Source: an uncultured Streptococcus sp.
Lineage (GTDB): Bacteria > Bacillota > Bacilli > Lactobacillales > Aerococcaceae
Direction of reading: 5' to 3'
Length of the DNA: 64,000 nt
Assembly: GCA_963523415.1 (NCBI GenBank)
Contig: CAURBR010000006.1
Span: 1,823-65,822, forward strand
Shown: positions 34,115-46,534 of the stretch, one piece after another
How positions within the stretch are numbered: position 1 is the stretch's first letter
Layout: each line of letters opens with the position of its first letter
Made by a program: the position numbers and the translations under genes
The notes under the pieces: generated by a model
Databases searched by the model: none
What the model was told of the DNA's origin: nothing
Seen by the model: the letters and a program-made list of their open reading frames with translations, nothing else

Positions 34115-34507
34115 TTAACTATAATCCCGTCTTTTAGAATAAATTAGTTCAATCTCAGTATTAATATTCTTTTTTTCCTTTTTATAATTGTTATCTAGAG
34201 TAACTTTATTTTCATCTAATTTTATCCGATTTTCTGTATAAGCAGCCATTATATCGTCGAACAATGCATTTGAAAAGTATCTCAACCGAGATAAATCTTC
34301 TGTTACGTCAATATCCGATTGTAGTATATATTGATGAGTCATTTGGTCAATTTCTTCTAGATATCTAATTAATCTATTCTTTTTTAATAACAGTTCATTT
34401 TGTTGGTTTTCTAATTCTCTACTATTAGACCGATATTGATTTTCAAGTTGCTCTAATTTCAATTGTTGCACCATTATAGCATCACTTATCGATTCATTTT
34501 TTTCCAT
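34115..34507 (-). CDS. Small coiled-coil protein, putative T7SS secretion partner (Tla1-like)
   Basis: 130 aa heptad-rich ORF overlapping the lipase stop. Confidence 0.6.
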   Translation of the reverse strand: MEKNESISDAIMVQQLKLEQLENQYRSNSRELENQQNELLLKKNRLIRYLEEIDQMTHQYILQSDIDVTEDLSRLRYFSNALFDDIMAAYTENRIKLDENKVTLDNNYKKEKKNINTEIELIYSKRRDYS

Positions 34508-35712
34508 TGATTAAACTCTCCCGCTAACTGCGCATCATGATTTAATAATTCCTGAATTCCCCAATTAATTTCCGATGCTAACGCATTAAACTCTGCAGAT
34601 AACATATCGCCAGTGTCCACATATGGTTTTATAGTTTCAACAATATCATTAACAATATTCTGTCTATTCACACCACCTTGACGATAGGCTTCTGCAACTT
34701 CTTCAGGGGATAAGGAATATCCAAAAGGTACAATATATGTGCTTGTCATTATTTCTTCAGCTTCATTAATTGATTGCATGTAAATTTTCTTTAATTCTTC
34801 AGCCGCCACTTGTGATGCTTTCATCAAAGAGGATAACAGCACCTGTGCGTGTTCAGAATCTAAAAATATTTTTTCGCTTCCTGTCAAACCATTAAACGCT
34901 AATTTTCTCTTAAGTAACGAAATGCGGTACATACCCATTCTCATCAAATCTCTTGATTTTGCATATCTTCTTTCAATATCTGTTGTACCTTCTTTTTCTC
35001 TTAATTTCCCGTCATTATCAAAAATGTAACCTCCCCACAAATGTTGTGAGATAGGATTATTTACTGGTTTTGCATCGACATGATGTACAATTCCTACAGA
35101 ATTTTCACTTCCACTTTTTGGATACCCAAGAGCCACTATATCCATATCATCGACATAATTATGGATTCTATATTTCAATAAATCTACTGTTTTCTTTTGT
35201 GCATCTGTTAATTGCATGTATATATTAGGACCTTGATAAATATGGGCCTCTTTAATACGAGAAGGGTCACTAACATTTGCTAATGCATACTGCGCATCCA
35301 TCGTCCCCAAAGAATGAGTGTATAAACTAATTTGAGCCTCTGGATAGTCTCTTAGTATTTGATTTAATTTATTTGCCGCAGCATGTAGTTGAGGAGTTAC
35401 TGCTTGGAATTGCTGAAATATGTTCCATACCATTGGAATATCATTTAATCCCCAATCTATTAAACCTCCTAAAGAAAAAGGTTGTTCTGAGCCTTGAAAT
35501 AACACTATTACTTCTTTAGTTTCAGCATTCTCAACGACATAACCATCAAGGCCACTAATAATATAATGAAATTTTTCTTTAACTATGCCGACAGTAAGTT
35601 CGTTATCACCATTACCATCTGGGATATTTAGTGGAGAACCTACGTTTAATGATTCATCATACTCTGCTTTAGAAATTATTTTGTTTTGTAAATCAGTATA
35701 AATTCTATTCAT
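34486..35712 (-). CDS. Alpha/beta-hydrolase (lipase) with C-terminal helical domain; TslA-like putative T7SS toxin
   Basis: VLFQGS, DW, YTHSLG nucleophile elbow, NYVDDMDIV, QHLWGGY; C-terminal SEKIFLD..LSPEEV..HDAQLA helical region; no signal peptide. Confidence 0.75.
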   Translation of the reverse strand: MNRIYTDLQNKIISKAEYDESLNVGSPLNIPDGNGDNELTVGIVKEKFHYIISGLDGYVVENAETKEVIVLFQGSEQPFSLGGLIDWGLNDIPMVWNIFQQFQAVTPQLHAAANKLNQILRDYPEAQISLYTHSLGTMDAQYALANVSDPSRIKEAHIYQGPNIYMQLTDAQKKTVDLLKYRIHNYVDDMDIVALGYPKSGSENSVGIVHHVDAKPVNNPISQHLWGGYIFDNDGKLREKEGTTDIERRYAKSRDLMRMGMYRISLLKRKLAFNGLTGSEKIFLDSEHAQVLLSSLMKASQVAAEELKKIYMQSINEAEEIMTSTYIVPFGYSLSPEEVAEAYRQGGVNRQNIVNDIVETIKPYVDTGDMLSAEFNALASEINWGIQELLNHDAQLAGEFNQWKKMNR

Positions 35713-36091
35713 CTTTTTTTCCTTTTACAAATTTATCCAACTCCGGTGACCAACTTCCTCCACCATTTTTAATCTTACCAGTATTATAATCCATATAAAG
35801 GTGTACGGAGACTGTATAATCTTTATTGTCATTAACATAAAGATAAACAAAGATTCCGCCTGTTGGTATTTTCTTAAATGAGTCAATTGTATATTTTTGT
35901 ATTTTTCCTTTTTCGGTAAAAGCATCAGGGTCAATCGACGTCAATCGTTTCAAATATATCTGTTCAACTTCTTCACTCTTAACGATTTCTTCTATTTGAT
36001 TGTTTTCAAATTGCGTCATTATTTTATATCCTCCTAAAACTAATCCGATGATCATTAATAAACTAAGTAAGAGTATTATTGTTTTTTTCAT
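35705..36091 (-). CDS. DUF1310-like protein (putative cognate immunity), copy 1
   Basis: Overlaps the lipase start; about 250 bp colinear and nearly identical to 32375-32626. Confidence 0.82.
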   Translation of the reverse strand: MKKTIILLLSLLMIIGLVLGGYKIMTQFENNQIEEIVKSEEVEQIYLKRLTSIDPDAFTEKGKIQKYTIDSFKKIPTGGIFVYLYVNDNKDYTVSVHLYMDYNTGKIKNGGGSWSPELDKFVKGKKDE

Positions 36092-36209
36092 TACTAGTTC
36101 TCCTCTACTATAAATTACACAAAACCTTTTTATAAGTATATCATTTTTTCGGAGATTTTGTGAAGATTTAACAGATAATATATTTTAAAACGCCCTCACA
36201 GAAGCGTTT

Positions 36210-36656
36210 TTACATTCGCACTTCATTCACAATCGCTGTTGTCAGCAATTGAGAGAAGTTAATGTTACGTTTAACCGCCAAGTCATTGGCCCATTTTGGT
36301 ATCGTCAATGTTTTTTTGACGAGTTTTGTGGCATCTAAATAATTCTCAACATCAACCATCACCATTGATTTAAAAGACTGATCCAGATTATATTCTGAGG
36401 CTACATCTTCATCGTCTTTAAATGGAAAATTTTCTTCAAGTGTCAAATCATTGATTGCGGAGGCTTTTGGTAGTTTTTCTCCTTCTTCAATGAGGCTCGC
36501 TGACATCATTCCTAAATACTCACTGGCATTGCTCATTGCTTCAGAAATTGTACGCCCTTGTGTTGCTGAGTTCTCAAAGTCTGGGAAGTGAACAAAATAG
36601 GAGCTATCCTCTTCCTCTACCGTAAAATAAATTAATGCTGGATACGTTAATAACAT
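36210..36656 (-). CDS. hicB: HicB-family antitoxin (no hicA partner)
   Basis: YPALI, VHFPDF, TQG..EA..NA, C-terminal VKKTLTIPKWAND..NINFSQLL. Confidence 0.88.
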   Translation of the reverse strand: MLLTYPALIYFTVEEEDSSYFVHFPDFENSATQGRTISEAMSNASEYLGMMSASLIEEGEKLPKASAINDLTLEENFPFKDDEDVASEYNLDQSFKSMVMVDVENYLDATKLVKKTLTIPKWANDLAVKRNINFSQLLTTAIVNEVRM

Positions 36657-36672
36657 GTTCTATACTGCGTTT

Positions 36673-36700
36673 ATTTTAGCACGTATAAATACGTATTCAA
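36673..36700 (-). promoter_or_regulatory. hicB promoter with palindromic operator
   Basis: TTGAAT-16 nt-TAAAAT with TG extension; ACGTAT-AA-ATACGT palindrome (36681-36694) in the spacer. Confidence 0.6.
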
Positions 36701-36899
36701 GTTGATAACTTATTTTTCCACACAAAAAAGGCACCCTGTAAGGATGCCATTTAACATTTTTGGTTGTCTAAAAAATTATTTGTTAGCTATTTTATTGTAA
36801 TAAAATAGCTAACAATTATAAAATACATCTCACTTATACAACGTAAGCATATACGGTTTTTATATATTCATTAAGATTAAAGGAGTAGTAACTAAACAA

Positions 36900-37505
36900 T
36901 TAGTGCCCGCTCCTTTTTTCTTCTATTTTCAAAATCATAACTTTCAGATTATTTTTTGATGTATATCCTACAACTTCTTGAAATCCAAAATCTGAATAAA
37001 ATTTTCTCAATTTATCATTATCTTCACATTCCAACCAAATGTATTTAGCTCCAATAATTTCACTTGCTGCTTTTATAGAATTATAAGCAAGCGTTAATAA
37101 GTCTTTCCCATCAATAGAATTTACACCACTATAATTCTTCCCTAACTGTCCTAAAAGATAACTGTACACATGTAATACTCCAGAATCTGTAACATACCCA
37201 TGACGTCGTAATTTAGATCGTTGCTTGTTTGATAATTTTGCGAGATTTTTCTTAGCAATCATGAGAGGCTTACTTGCTAATGCATAGTAACCTAATAAGT
37301 TACCCTGTTCATCAAAAACTAAATAAGTTCGTGATGCTCCTATACTCTCTAGTTCCATAGCTTTTTCATGCAAAAAGCATTCCACATCATTCGGATTACC
37401 ATCTTCATTCTGTGGAATACTCTTAAAAGTAAGAAGTATTTTCTTAATTTCGTCTCTTTCTAAATTGTCTAATAGTTGTTGTAAAGTCATTATTTTAAAA
37501 TTCAC
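36900..37505 (-). CDS. GNAT-family acetyltransferase (toxin-like)
   Basis: DVECFL, SRTYLV, LLGYYAL, YLLGQLGKN, LEC..KLRKFYSDFGF. Confidence 0.8.
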   Translation of the reverse strand: MNFKIMTLQQLLDNLERDEIKKILLTFKSIPQNEDGNPNDVECFLHEKAMELESIGASRTYLVFDEQGNLLGYYALASKPLMIAKKNLAKLSNKQRSKLRRHGYVTDSGVLHVYSYLLGQLGKNYSGVNSIDGKDLLTLAYNSIKAASEIIGAKYIWLECEDNDKLRKFYSDFGFQEVVGYTSKNNLKVMILKIEEKRSGH

Positions 37506-37678
37506 TATTTTTTATTTCTGAGAAGAGTTACGAATTTTGATACCTCTTCTTTACCTTTTAATAAATCTGCCTTTGCTGTCGTTAATTTTGGCTTCTCTGA
37601 ATTGCTTAAAGCAACAATCAATGAATCAGCATTTTTACAATTAAACGTCATATCTGTAGTAAAACTTTTAGTTGCCAT
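37505..37678 (-). CDS. Small protein coupled to GNAT (putative antitoxin)
   Basis: MATKSFTTDMTF..., 57 aa, AAGGGGGAG RBS, stop overlaps the GNAT start. Confidence 0.65.
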   Translation of the reverse strand: MATKSFTTDMTFNCKNADSLIVALSNSEKPKLTTAKADLLKGKEEVSKFVTLLRNKK

Positions 37679-37951
37679 AGTATTCTTCTCCCCCTTGACT
37701 TTACACACATAGTATACTGTATTGGTTATTCTTTTACAATTGCTTTTTAAGAAAAACTATCTTTTCTTATAAAATTAAAAAGATATAAGTAACTTTTTCT
37801 ACATTAAAGCAAATCTCCAATATTTGACTATAAAATTTAAATAGTATTATTAAACCTCATTAAATATAATCCAAAATCAATACGCTATTTTAATCCAGTG
37901 GACTATGTATTTTTAGAAACTATATCCAAATGATTATCTAAACTCAAGAAA

Positions 37952-38006
37952 AAGATAGGCATAATAGAAAGCTTGATATAAAAGCTTTTCTATTATGCCT
38001 TATCTT
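37952..38006 (-). terminator. rex terminator, right edge of island
   Basis: GGCATAATAGAAAGCTT..AAGCTTTTCTATTATGCC long stem. Confidence 0.75.
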
Positions 38007-38654
38007 CTATTTTTGGTTGTCCAAGAAATAAATGAGAGTTTGTAACTCGTTTGTTAAGTCCACGTTTTGAACTCGAACGGCTTCTGGTACGTCTAAGCGG
38101 ATTGGTGTGAAGTTCAAGATTCCACGAACATTTGCTTCTACTAAGCGATCTGCTGTTTCTTGAGCTACATCTTGAGGTACTGTTAAGATGGCTACTTGGA
38201 TTTGTTGAACTTTCAATTGTTCTACCATTTCATCCATGCTGTAAACTGGCACACCTGTTTGGATAGTTCCAACGATGTCTTCGTTTACGTCAAACGCTGC
38301 GCTAATACGCACGTTGTTGCTTTGGTGGAAGTTGTAGTTTAAGAGTGCTTGTCCTAATTTACCAACTCCAATTAAAGCAACGTTTGTTAAGCGATCTTGA
38401 TTTAAAGTTTGGCTAAAGAATTGTAATAGATATTCAACATCATATCCATATCCGCGCTTTCCAAGAGCTCCAAAATAAGAGAAATCTCGACGGATTGTTG
38501 CGCTGTCGACTTTCACAGCTTCACTTAATTCAGTAGATGAAATTCTTCGTTTCCCTGCATCATGCAAAAAACGTAAATAACGATGATAAATAGCCAAGCG
38601 TTTAGCAGTTGCGCGAGGCACTTCAATCTCTTTCAATTCATTTTGTTCTTTCAT
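38007..38654 (-). CDS. rex: Redox-sensing transcriptional repressor Rex
   Basis: [34 protein letters not shown]. Confidence 0.97.
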   Translation of the reverse strand: MKEQNELKEIEVPRATAKRLAIYHRYLRFLHDAGKRRISSTELSEAVKVDSATIRRDFSYFGALGKRGYGYDVEYLLQFFSQTLNQDRLTNVALIGVGKLGQALLNYNFHQSNNVRISAAFDVNEDIVGTIQTGVPVYSMDEMVEQLKVQQIQVAILTVPQDVAQETADRLVEANVRGILNFTPIRLDVPEAVRVQNVDLTNELQTLIYFLDNQK

Positions 38655-38872
38655 TTATAAGACTCCCTTTTTCTTTTTCTCTCCATGCGTATTTTATCAC
38701 AGCGTTGTTTTGTTTCACAAATACTTTGTTCAAATACCCACTAGTTTCTTGATTTTAGAATAACGTGTGCACAAGTGGTTTTAAAATTTTACGTTCTATA
38801 TAAACTTGTTTCGATATTGTTCTTCTATTGTTTATGTTAAAATAAGATGACTAAAGATTGAAAGGATTTCTT

Positions 38873-40822
38873 ATGATTCTACTACAAGGACAAGGACTCG
38901 CTCGTACATTTGCAGATGAAGTCCTATTCGAAAATATCACAATTCATATTCAAGAAAACTCGCGCATAGCAATTGTTGGACGTAATGGTACAGGTAAGTC
39001 AACATTACTGAAAATGCTTGCTGGTATTGAAGAACCATCAGCAGGAAATATCTCAAAGAAAAAAGACTTATCAATTGGTTACTTGGATCAATACGCAGCC
39101 ATTGATTCTACAAGAACGGTATGGGAAGAAATGGTACATTTATTTGAGGATGTGGAAGTGCTTAAAAAGCAAGCACAAAAAGTGGCTGAATCATTAGGTG
39201 ATACTGAACTATTAGCCAACCCCACAGCCTATGAGAGTGCACTCAAACGTTATGACCAACTACAAGAAGAGCTTTCACAAAAGAATGCATACGGATACGA
39301 ATCTGAAATTCGAACGGTACTTCACGGGTTTAGGTTCTACCCTGATGACTATGACCAACCCATTCAATCACTATCTGGCGGGCAAAGAACACGTCTTGCA
39401 TTAGCACGTATTCTCTTAGAAAAGCACGAACTCCTTATTCTAGATGAACCAACCAACCATCTGGATATTGAAACATTAACCTGGTTAGAGGACTATTTAC
39501 GTGCTTCATCCAGTGCTCTTGTCATCGTCTCACACGACCAATATTTTCTTGACCGTGTATGTAACGAAGTGTACGAGATTAGCCATCAAGCCTGTGAATA
39601 TTACAAAGGGAATTATTCTCATTATCTAGAGGAGCGCGAACAACGTTATCTTCTTAAGCAGAAAGCTTATGAAAAGCAACAACAAGAGATTCAAAATCTC
39701 GAGGAATTCATTGCTAAAAATATCGTGCGTGCTTCTACTACCAAACGTGCCCAGTCACGAAGAAAGCAACTTGAAAAATTAGAACGTATTGAAAAACCTA
39801 AAGGGGATGCGCGTTCTGCCCGGTTTGAATTTACAGTGATGAAGGATTCTGGAAACCAAGTTCTCCAGGTGAACGATGCTTATATTGGATACCAAAACAA
39901 AGCTCTTAGCGGGCCAATTGATTTCCAACTTCGAAAGCGTGAATCAATTGCTATTGTGGGGCCCAATGGAATTGGAAAATCCACACTACTGAAGTCAATT
40001 ATAAAAGAACTCCCTCTCATTCAGGGGACTATCGATGTCGGAGCTGGGGTCCAAATCGGTTACTACGACCAAAATCTTGCTGGTCTCTCTACCACCCAAA
40101 CGGTGTTAGAGGAACTATGGTCTCGTCACTCTACAATGCCTGAAAAAGATATACGCTCTATTCTTGGTAGTTTTCTCTTTTCTGGAAGTGACGTAACAAA
40201 AACAACTGCTCAACTAAGCGGGGGTGAAAAAGCTCGCCTTGCCTTATGTAAATTGTCTCTTGAACACGATAATTTTCTTTTACTCGACGAACCTACGAAC
40301 CACTTAGATATTGATAGTAAAGAAGTGCTAGAACAAGCATTAATTGAATTCGATGGTACCCTTTGCTTTGTTTCACACGACCGTTTCTTCATTAACAAGG
40401 TCGCAACCATGATTCTTGAAATAGAAGAAAACGGAAGCAAGCTCTATCTAGGAGACTACGATTATTACCTAGAGAAAAAAAGAGAGCAAGAAGAACTTCT
40501 TACTCTCCAAGAGGAAACAAAAGAAAGCTCCACAGAAGAGGTACAGATAAGTGCAACTAAAGCCCATTATCATGCCTCAAAAGAAGAACAACGAAAACGT
40601 CGTTCTCTTCAGAGAAACGTGGAACAACTAGAACAGGAATTACAAGAACTCGAAGAACGTTTAGAACAACTTCACCACGAAATGACATTGGAAGAAAACT
40701 ATTCAGACGCTACAAAAGCAGCCAGTCTTTCGGCTAAAGAATGCGAGCTAATGTCCCGCCAAGAACAAGTGTTATCTGACTGGGAAGAAGCTTCACTAGC
40801 TCTAGAAGAAATGAGTGAGTAA
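38873..40822 (+). CDS. ABC-F family ATPase (YdiF-like)
   Basis: Two NBDs (GRNGTGKST, GPNGIGKST; LSGG; LDEPTNHLD twice), no TM, C-terminal coiled coil; divergent from rex. Confidence 0.92.
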   Translation: MILLQGQGLARTFADEVLFENITIHIQENSRIAIVGRNGTGKSTLLKMLAGIEEPSAGNISKKKDLSIGYLDQYAAIDSTRTVWEEMVHLFEDVEVLKKQAQKVAESLGDTELLANPTAYESALKRYDQLQEELSQKNAYGYESEIRTVLHGFRFYPDDYDQPIQSLSGGQRTRLALARILLEKHELLILDEPTNHLDIETLTWLEDYLRASSSALVIVSHDQYFLDRVCNEVYEISHQACEYYKGNYSHYLEEREQRYLLKQKAYEKQQQEIQNLEEFIAKNIVRASTTKRAQSRRKQLEKLERIEKPKGDARSARFEFTVMKDSGNQVLQVNDAYIGYQNKALSGPIDFQLRKRESIAIVGPNGIGKSTLLKSIIKELPLIQGTIDVGAGVQIGYYDQNLAGLSTTQTVLEELWSRHSTMPEKDIRSILGSFLFSGSDVTKTTAQLSGGEKARLALCKLSLEHDNFLLLDEPTNHLDIDSKEVLEQALIEFDGTLCFVSHDRFFINKVATMILEIEENGSKLYLGDYDYYLEKKREQEELLTLQEETKESSTEEVQISATKAHYHASKEEQRKRRSLQRNVEQLEQELQELEERLEQLHHEMTLEENYSDATKAASLSAKECELMSRQEQVLSDWEEASLALEEMSE

Positions 40823-40825
40823 ACG

Positions 40826-40860
40826 AAAAAACAGACAGGTCCAATACCTGTCTGTTTTTT
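40826..40860. terminator. Bidirectional terminator between ydiF-like gene and lacG
   Basis: AAAAAACAGACAGGT-CCAAT-ACCTGTCTGTTTTTT. Confidence 0.85.
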
Positions 40861-40899
40861 GTTCTATCATCGATAAGTATAATGGAGCTCCTAAACGCC

Positions 40900-42375
<1,476 letters not shown>

Positions 42376-42385
42376 TTATTAATCA

Positions 42386-44107
42386 TTATTCTTCAAATTG
42401 TGCTTGAACAAATGCTAAAGCGCCTTTGCCATCACGTGTTAATTGAATATATTGAGCTCCTTCAGTCTTCGCAAGTTTAATACCTAGCTTATCTGTTTCA
42501 GCCTTCATATCTTCATAGTTAGATGCTACTTGTGGTGCAAGAATTACTAAATCAAATTCTGGTAACATTTCACGGTGAGCACCGTATCCACCAGCAGCTG
42601 CTTTTACAGGAACATTGTATTCTGCTGCAGCTTTATTTAAAGCATTTGCAAGTAATCCACTAGTTCCACCACCTGCACAAAGTACAAGTACGTTTGTTTC
42701 TTCTGTAATGTTGTTTGCTTCTGTTTCAACACCAGCTTTTTCAAGGATTGCATCTGCTTTAGCTGTATTGAAGTTTGAAGCCACTTTTTCTTTTAATGCA
42801 TCATTTGTTTTACCTGAACGTTCTTCTTCAAGAATTTGTTCATCATAAACTTTAAGGAATGGATAGTAAATGATGATATCTACTACAATTAAAACAGCAG
42901 CAAGTATAAATGCTAATACTTGGAAGTTTGTACCCAACACTAACCCTAATGGTGCTGGTGTTACCCAAGGTAAGTTTGCAGTAAATGAGTTCATTCCTAA
43001 GAAATCAATAAAGAATTTGAATAACCAAACGTTTACGATTGGTGCCAAAATAAATGGAATAAAGAAGATTGGGTTTAATACCAATGGAGCACCAAACAAG
43101 ATAGGCTCATTTACACCAAAGAATGTTGGAACTACAGAAGCACGACCAATTGCTTTATTACGTTTTGATTTACATAACCACATGAACATGAATGGAACGA
43201 CTAAAGTTGCCCCAGTACCACCCATTGTTACGATGAACATTTGAGTACCTGAAGTTAAAATCTTGTCGGCATGTAATCCTTGTTGCATTAAGTTCAAGTT
43301 TACTTCTGCATTCGCATAAGTAATGGCTGCAATCGCTGGTTCAACGATTGAAGGACCATGAATCCCTACAAACCAGAAGAAGGCATACGCACCGAAGATA
43401 ATAGTAATTCCTAAATATCCATCAGCAGCAGAGAATAATGGTGCAAAGAATTTACCGATAGATTCGGCAACATTTGTACCTACAAAGTGACGAGCTAATA
43501 AGTCTAACGCATATAATGAGCAGACTGATAAAGTGAATGGGATAACGTCTTTAAATACTTGTGAGATATTTGGTGGAACTTCCTCAGGCATTCTAATTGT
43601 AACGTTATTTTTCACACAGACTTTATAAATTCCAACAGTAATAAATGCAGCAAGAAAGGCTGATAGTAATCCTTTTGTTCCTAAGAAACCAGTAGCAACA
43701 CCGTCTTTACTCATAGTTTCAGTTACTACTTCTTTAATAGGATCAGCAGCTAAGATTAACAAACCACATACAGATGCTAAGAAAGTTGAAATGTAGTTAA
43801 TTTGGTTTGTTGCTTCCATTGTTCTATTCATTGAATCTGTTAAAGATTTCGCAGTAGTACCTGCTAGTAACAAGGCCAAAATCCCCATTGAGTAGCTATA
43901 AGGTTTCATTAAGAAGCCTTCAATTTCTGGTGACCATTTAAATCCCCATGCATTTGGAACAAACGCGATTAGGATAAAAATACTTGAGAAAAGAATAACA
44001 GGCATACCTGCGATGAAGCCATCACGAATTGCTCTTAAATAAATATTACGAGACAATTTCTCGAAGAATGGTTTCTTTTTCTCAATAAATTCAATTAATT
44101 TATGCAT
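42386..44107 (-). CDS. lacE: PTS lactose-specific EIICB
   Basis: [33 protein letters not shown]. Confidence 0.96.
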   Translation of the reverse strand: MHKLIEFIEKKKPFFEKLSRNIYLRAIRDGFIAGMPVILFSSIFILIAFVPNAWGFKWSPEIEGFLMKPYSYSMGILALLLAGTTAKSLTDSMNRTMEATNQINYISTFLASVCGLLILAADPIKEVVTETMSKDGVATGFLGTKGLLSAFLAAFITVGIYKVCVKNNVTIRMPEEVPPNISQVFKDVIPFTLSVCSLYALDLLARHFVGTNVAESIGKFFAPLFSAADGYLGITIIFGAYAFFWFVGIHGPSIVEPAIAAITYANAEVNLNLMQQGLHADKILTSGTQMFIVTMGGTGATLVVPFMFMWLCKSKRNKAIGRASVVPTFFGVNEPILFGAPLVLNPIFFIPFILAPIVNVWLFKFFIDFLGMNSFTANLPWVTPAPLGLVLGTNFQVLAFILAAVLIVVDIIIYYPFLKVYDEQILEEERSGKTNDALKEKVASNFNTAKADAILEKAGVETEANNITEETNVLVLCAGGGTSGLLANALNKAAAEYNVPVKAAAGGYGAHREMLPEFDLVILAPQVASNYEDMKAETDKLGIKLAKTEGAQYIQLTRDGKGALAFVQAQFEE

Positions 44108-44108
44108 A

Positions 44109-44426
44109 TTATTTTGTACCTCTCTTATATAGTTCAATCAAGTGGTGCATTAAATCCTTTAATAAGATTGTTGTCATCAAGTGGTCTTGACCGTGCATCA
44201 TTGTAACACTGTATGCTAAGTCTTCACCTTGAGCTTCTTTAGTAAGTAAGCTTGTTTGTGCTTTATGAGCTTGAGCAATGCATGCGCCAGCTTCTTCAAC
44301 TAGGCTATCTGCTTTTTCAAAATCGCCTTCTTCAGCTGCTTTTAATGCTCCTAATAATTTAGAACGAGCATCTCCAGCGTACGCAACGATTTCAAAGCCT
44401 AATAAAGTAACTTCTTCTCTATTCAT
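44109..44426 (-). CDS. lacF: PTS lactose-specific EIIA
   Basis: [31 protein letters not shown]. Confidence 0.96.
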   Translation of the reverse strand: MNREEVTLLGFEIVAYAGDARSKLLGALKAAEEGDFEKADSLVEEAGACIAQAHKAQTSLLTKEAQGEDLAYSVTMMHGQDHLMTTILLKDLMHHLIELYKRGTK

Positions 44427-44600
44427 AATCAATTCCTCCTTAATGGATATCACTTTTCTTCTATTGTAACTCTTTAAAAAGGCCACAAATAATTTAAGTT
44501 TAAAATGGACGCTGACTAACACTTAAGTTATTTGTGACCAAAGCTAAGTTTCCTTAGATAATAATGCTTTTACTTGATTTTGATAATGGTTAGGCGAAAA

Positions 44601-45584
44601 TTATTTCACTCTTGTTTTCCAAGAAGTTGCAGTTTTTTGTAGAACTTTATTTAATTCATCAATGTTTCTGAATCCTTCAGTACGTAACCATTGTCTTACT
44701 GCTTCTTCTCCGCTTTCAACGTAGTCTTTAACTGATCCAGCCCATGTAGCACGTCCGCAAAGAACTCCATTGAAGTTAGCACCAGATTCGTGAGCGAATA
44801 CTAATGTTTCTTGGAATAATTGAGCAGATACACCAGCACTTAGGTAGATGTAAGGTAAGTTTGTTGCTTCATCTTGTGCTTTGAAGTAAGCAGCTGCTTC
44901 AGCTTTTGTATAAACAACTTCACCTTCAGCAAATCCTTCAACATATTTCATGTTCACTGGAACTTCTAATTTTAATACATCGATATTGAAGCGTGGGTTT
45001 GAGAATACTTTCATTGCTTCAATTACTTTTCTTGGTTTTTCTTTAGCAAATTCAACAGAACCTGTATCAGCATTCTTTTCGTCATATGCTAAAATTTCTA
45101 AGAAGAATGGAATATCTTCAGCAACACATTCAGAACCTACACGTTCGATGTATGCTTGTTTTTGTTGGTTTAATGCATCATCACTATCTACATCGTAGTA
45201 TAGTAAGAATTTAACAGCATCTGCACCTTGTTCTTTAATACGTTTTGCTGACCATACATCTAAGCAGTCTGGAAGTCTCTTTGTGCTTGAAGTATCATAA
45301 CCTGTTTTTTCGTAAGCTAATAATAAACCAGCGTTTTTATCTAAAGCTTTTGTTGCAGGTAGACCATATTCAGGGTCTAATAACATTGAAGAAGCGTATT
45401 TAGTTAATTCTTCTGCTACTAACACTTTTAATCTTTCTAATTGAGCAACAGTTGGTTCGCCTTCTTGATATTGTTTCATTAAACGTTTTAAGGCACCACG
45501 TTGGTCGAAAGCTAACGCAGAGATGATTCCATTTTCATCAGATAATTTTTCTAAAGATTTAATTTTTTGAGCTGATAATACCAT
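44601..45584 (-). CDS. lacD: Tagatose-1,6-bisphosphate aldolase
   Basis: [28 protein letters not shown]. Confidence 0.96.
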   Translation of the reverse strand: MVLSAQKIKSLEKLSDENGIISALAFDQRGALKRLMKQYQEGEPTVAQLERLKVLVAEELTKYASSMLLDPEYGLPATKALDKNAGLLLAYEKTGYDTSSTKRLPDCLDVWSAKRIKEQGADAVKFLLYYDVDSDDALNQQKQAYIERVGSECVAEDIPFFLEILAYDEKNADTGSVEFAKEKPRKVIEAMKVFSNPRFNIDVLKLEVPVNMKYVEGFAEGEVVYTKAEAAAYFKAQDEATNLPYIYLSAGVSAQLFQETLVFAHESGANFNGVLCGRATWAGSVKDYVESGEEAVRQWLRTEGFRNIDELNKVLQKTATSWKTRVK

Positions 45585-45586
45585 GT

Positions 45587-46516
45587 TTATACCTCTTTCA
45601 CTTTAATTTGTTTAAATAAGTCATCATAATGATCCATATTCACGTGACCCGTCACTTTTTCTTGAGCATTGAGCATTCCAAGAACCATCGCATGTTTCAA
45701 TAGATCTTCATCACTCTTTTGTGCTCTTAATGCAGAAGTAATTCCTGCAACCGTCGAGTCACCTGATCCAACAGCATTTTGGATTTCAATTCGTGGAATA
45801 TCTACTTTGTAGAAATGATTGCCATGTTTTGCAAAAGCTCCATCTTTACCAAGTGACACGATAATCCATTCAATACCATTAAATAATGGATTACTAATAA
45901 TTGACTTCAATTCATGTGTTCCTTCGATGCGTGCTAAATCTAATAACTGCGCTAATTCTTCCAAGTTTGGCTTAATAACTGCAGGTTTATATTCAGATTT
46001 AAGCACCGCTTCTAGTGAATTACCAGAGCAATCAAGTACAACTTTTTTGTTGTACTTATTTGCAATTTCGATTAATCGAGTGTAATAGTCTGAAGGTAAT
46101 CCAACAGGTAGGCTTCCTGAAATAGAAACGATATCTGTTTTTTTAGCTAATTCGTCAAAAAGTTCTAGGAACCCTTCTTTTTCACTAGCTGAAATTTTTG
46201 GGCCGCCTTCTAAAATTTCTGTTTGTTTATTGTCATGTAAGATAGCGATACAAATTCGCGTATCTCCTGAAATTTTATAGAAGGAAGGTGTTACATGTGC
46301 TGGTAAGTGTTCTACTAAAAATTGTCCGTTCGTTCCACCAACAAGTCCTGTTGCTGTAACGTCCTCTCCAATTTCTGATAGTACGCGTGTAACATTCAAT
46401 CCCTTACCACCGGCTGTTTTAGAGACATCTGAAATTCTGTTTACTGTATCCAACTTGAATTCTTCTAATGGATAGGAGATATCAATAGCTGGATTCATCG
46501 TTACTGTTAAAATCAT
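45587..46516 (-). CDS. lacC: Tagatose-6-phosphate kinase
   Basis: PfkB family: TMNPAID, GGKGLNV, GSGDS. Confidence 0.95.
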   Translation of the reverse strand: MILTVTMNPAIDISYPLEEFKLDTVNRISDVSKTAGGKGLNVTRVLSEIGEDVTATGLVGGTNGQFLVEHLPAHVTPSFYKISGDTRICIAILHDNKQTEILEGGPKISASEKEGFLELFDELAKKTDIVSISGSLPVGLPSDYYTRLIEIANKYNKKVVLDCSGNSLEAVLKSEYKPAVIKPNLEELAQLLDLARIEGTHELKSIISNPLFNGIEWIIVSLGKDGAFAKHGNHFYKVDIPRIEIQNAVGSGDSTVAGITSALRAQKSDEDLLKHAMVLGMLNAQEKVTGHVNMDHYDDLFKQIKVKEV

Positions 46517-46534
46517 ACGAAATCTCCTTAGAAA

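Noticed and set aside
36159..36176. Rex-box-like TTGTGAAGATTTAACAGA upstream of the toxin operon
   Set aside because: Right half is off-register and mismatched; likely chance in AT-rich DNA
31431..37950. Prophage or ICE interpretation of the island
   Set aside because: No integrase, transposase, relaxase or phage structural genes in the window
44427..44600. lacT antiterminator remnant or RAT site between lacD and lacF
   Set aside because: No recognisable RAT sequence or LacT-like peptide
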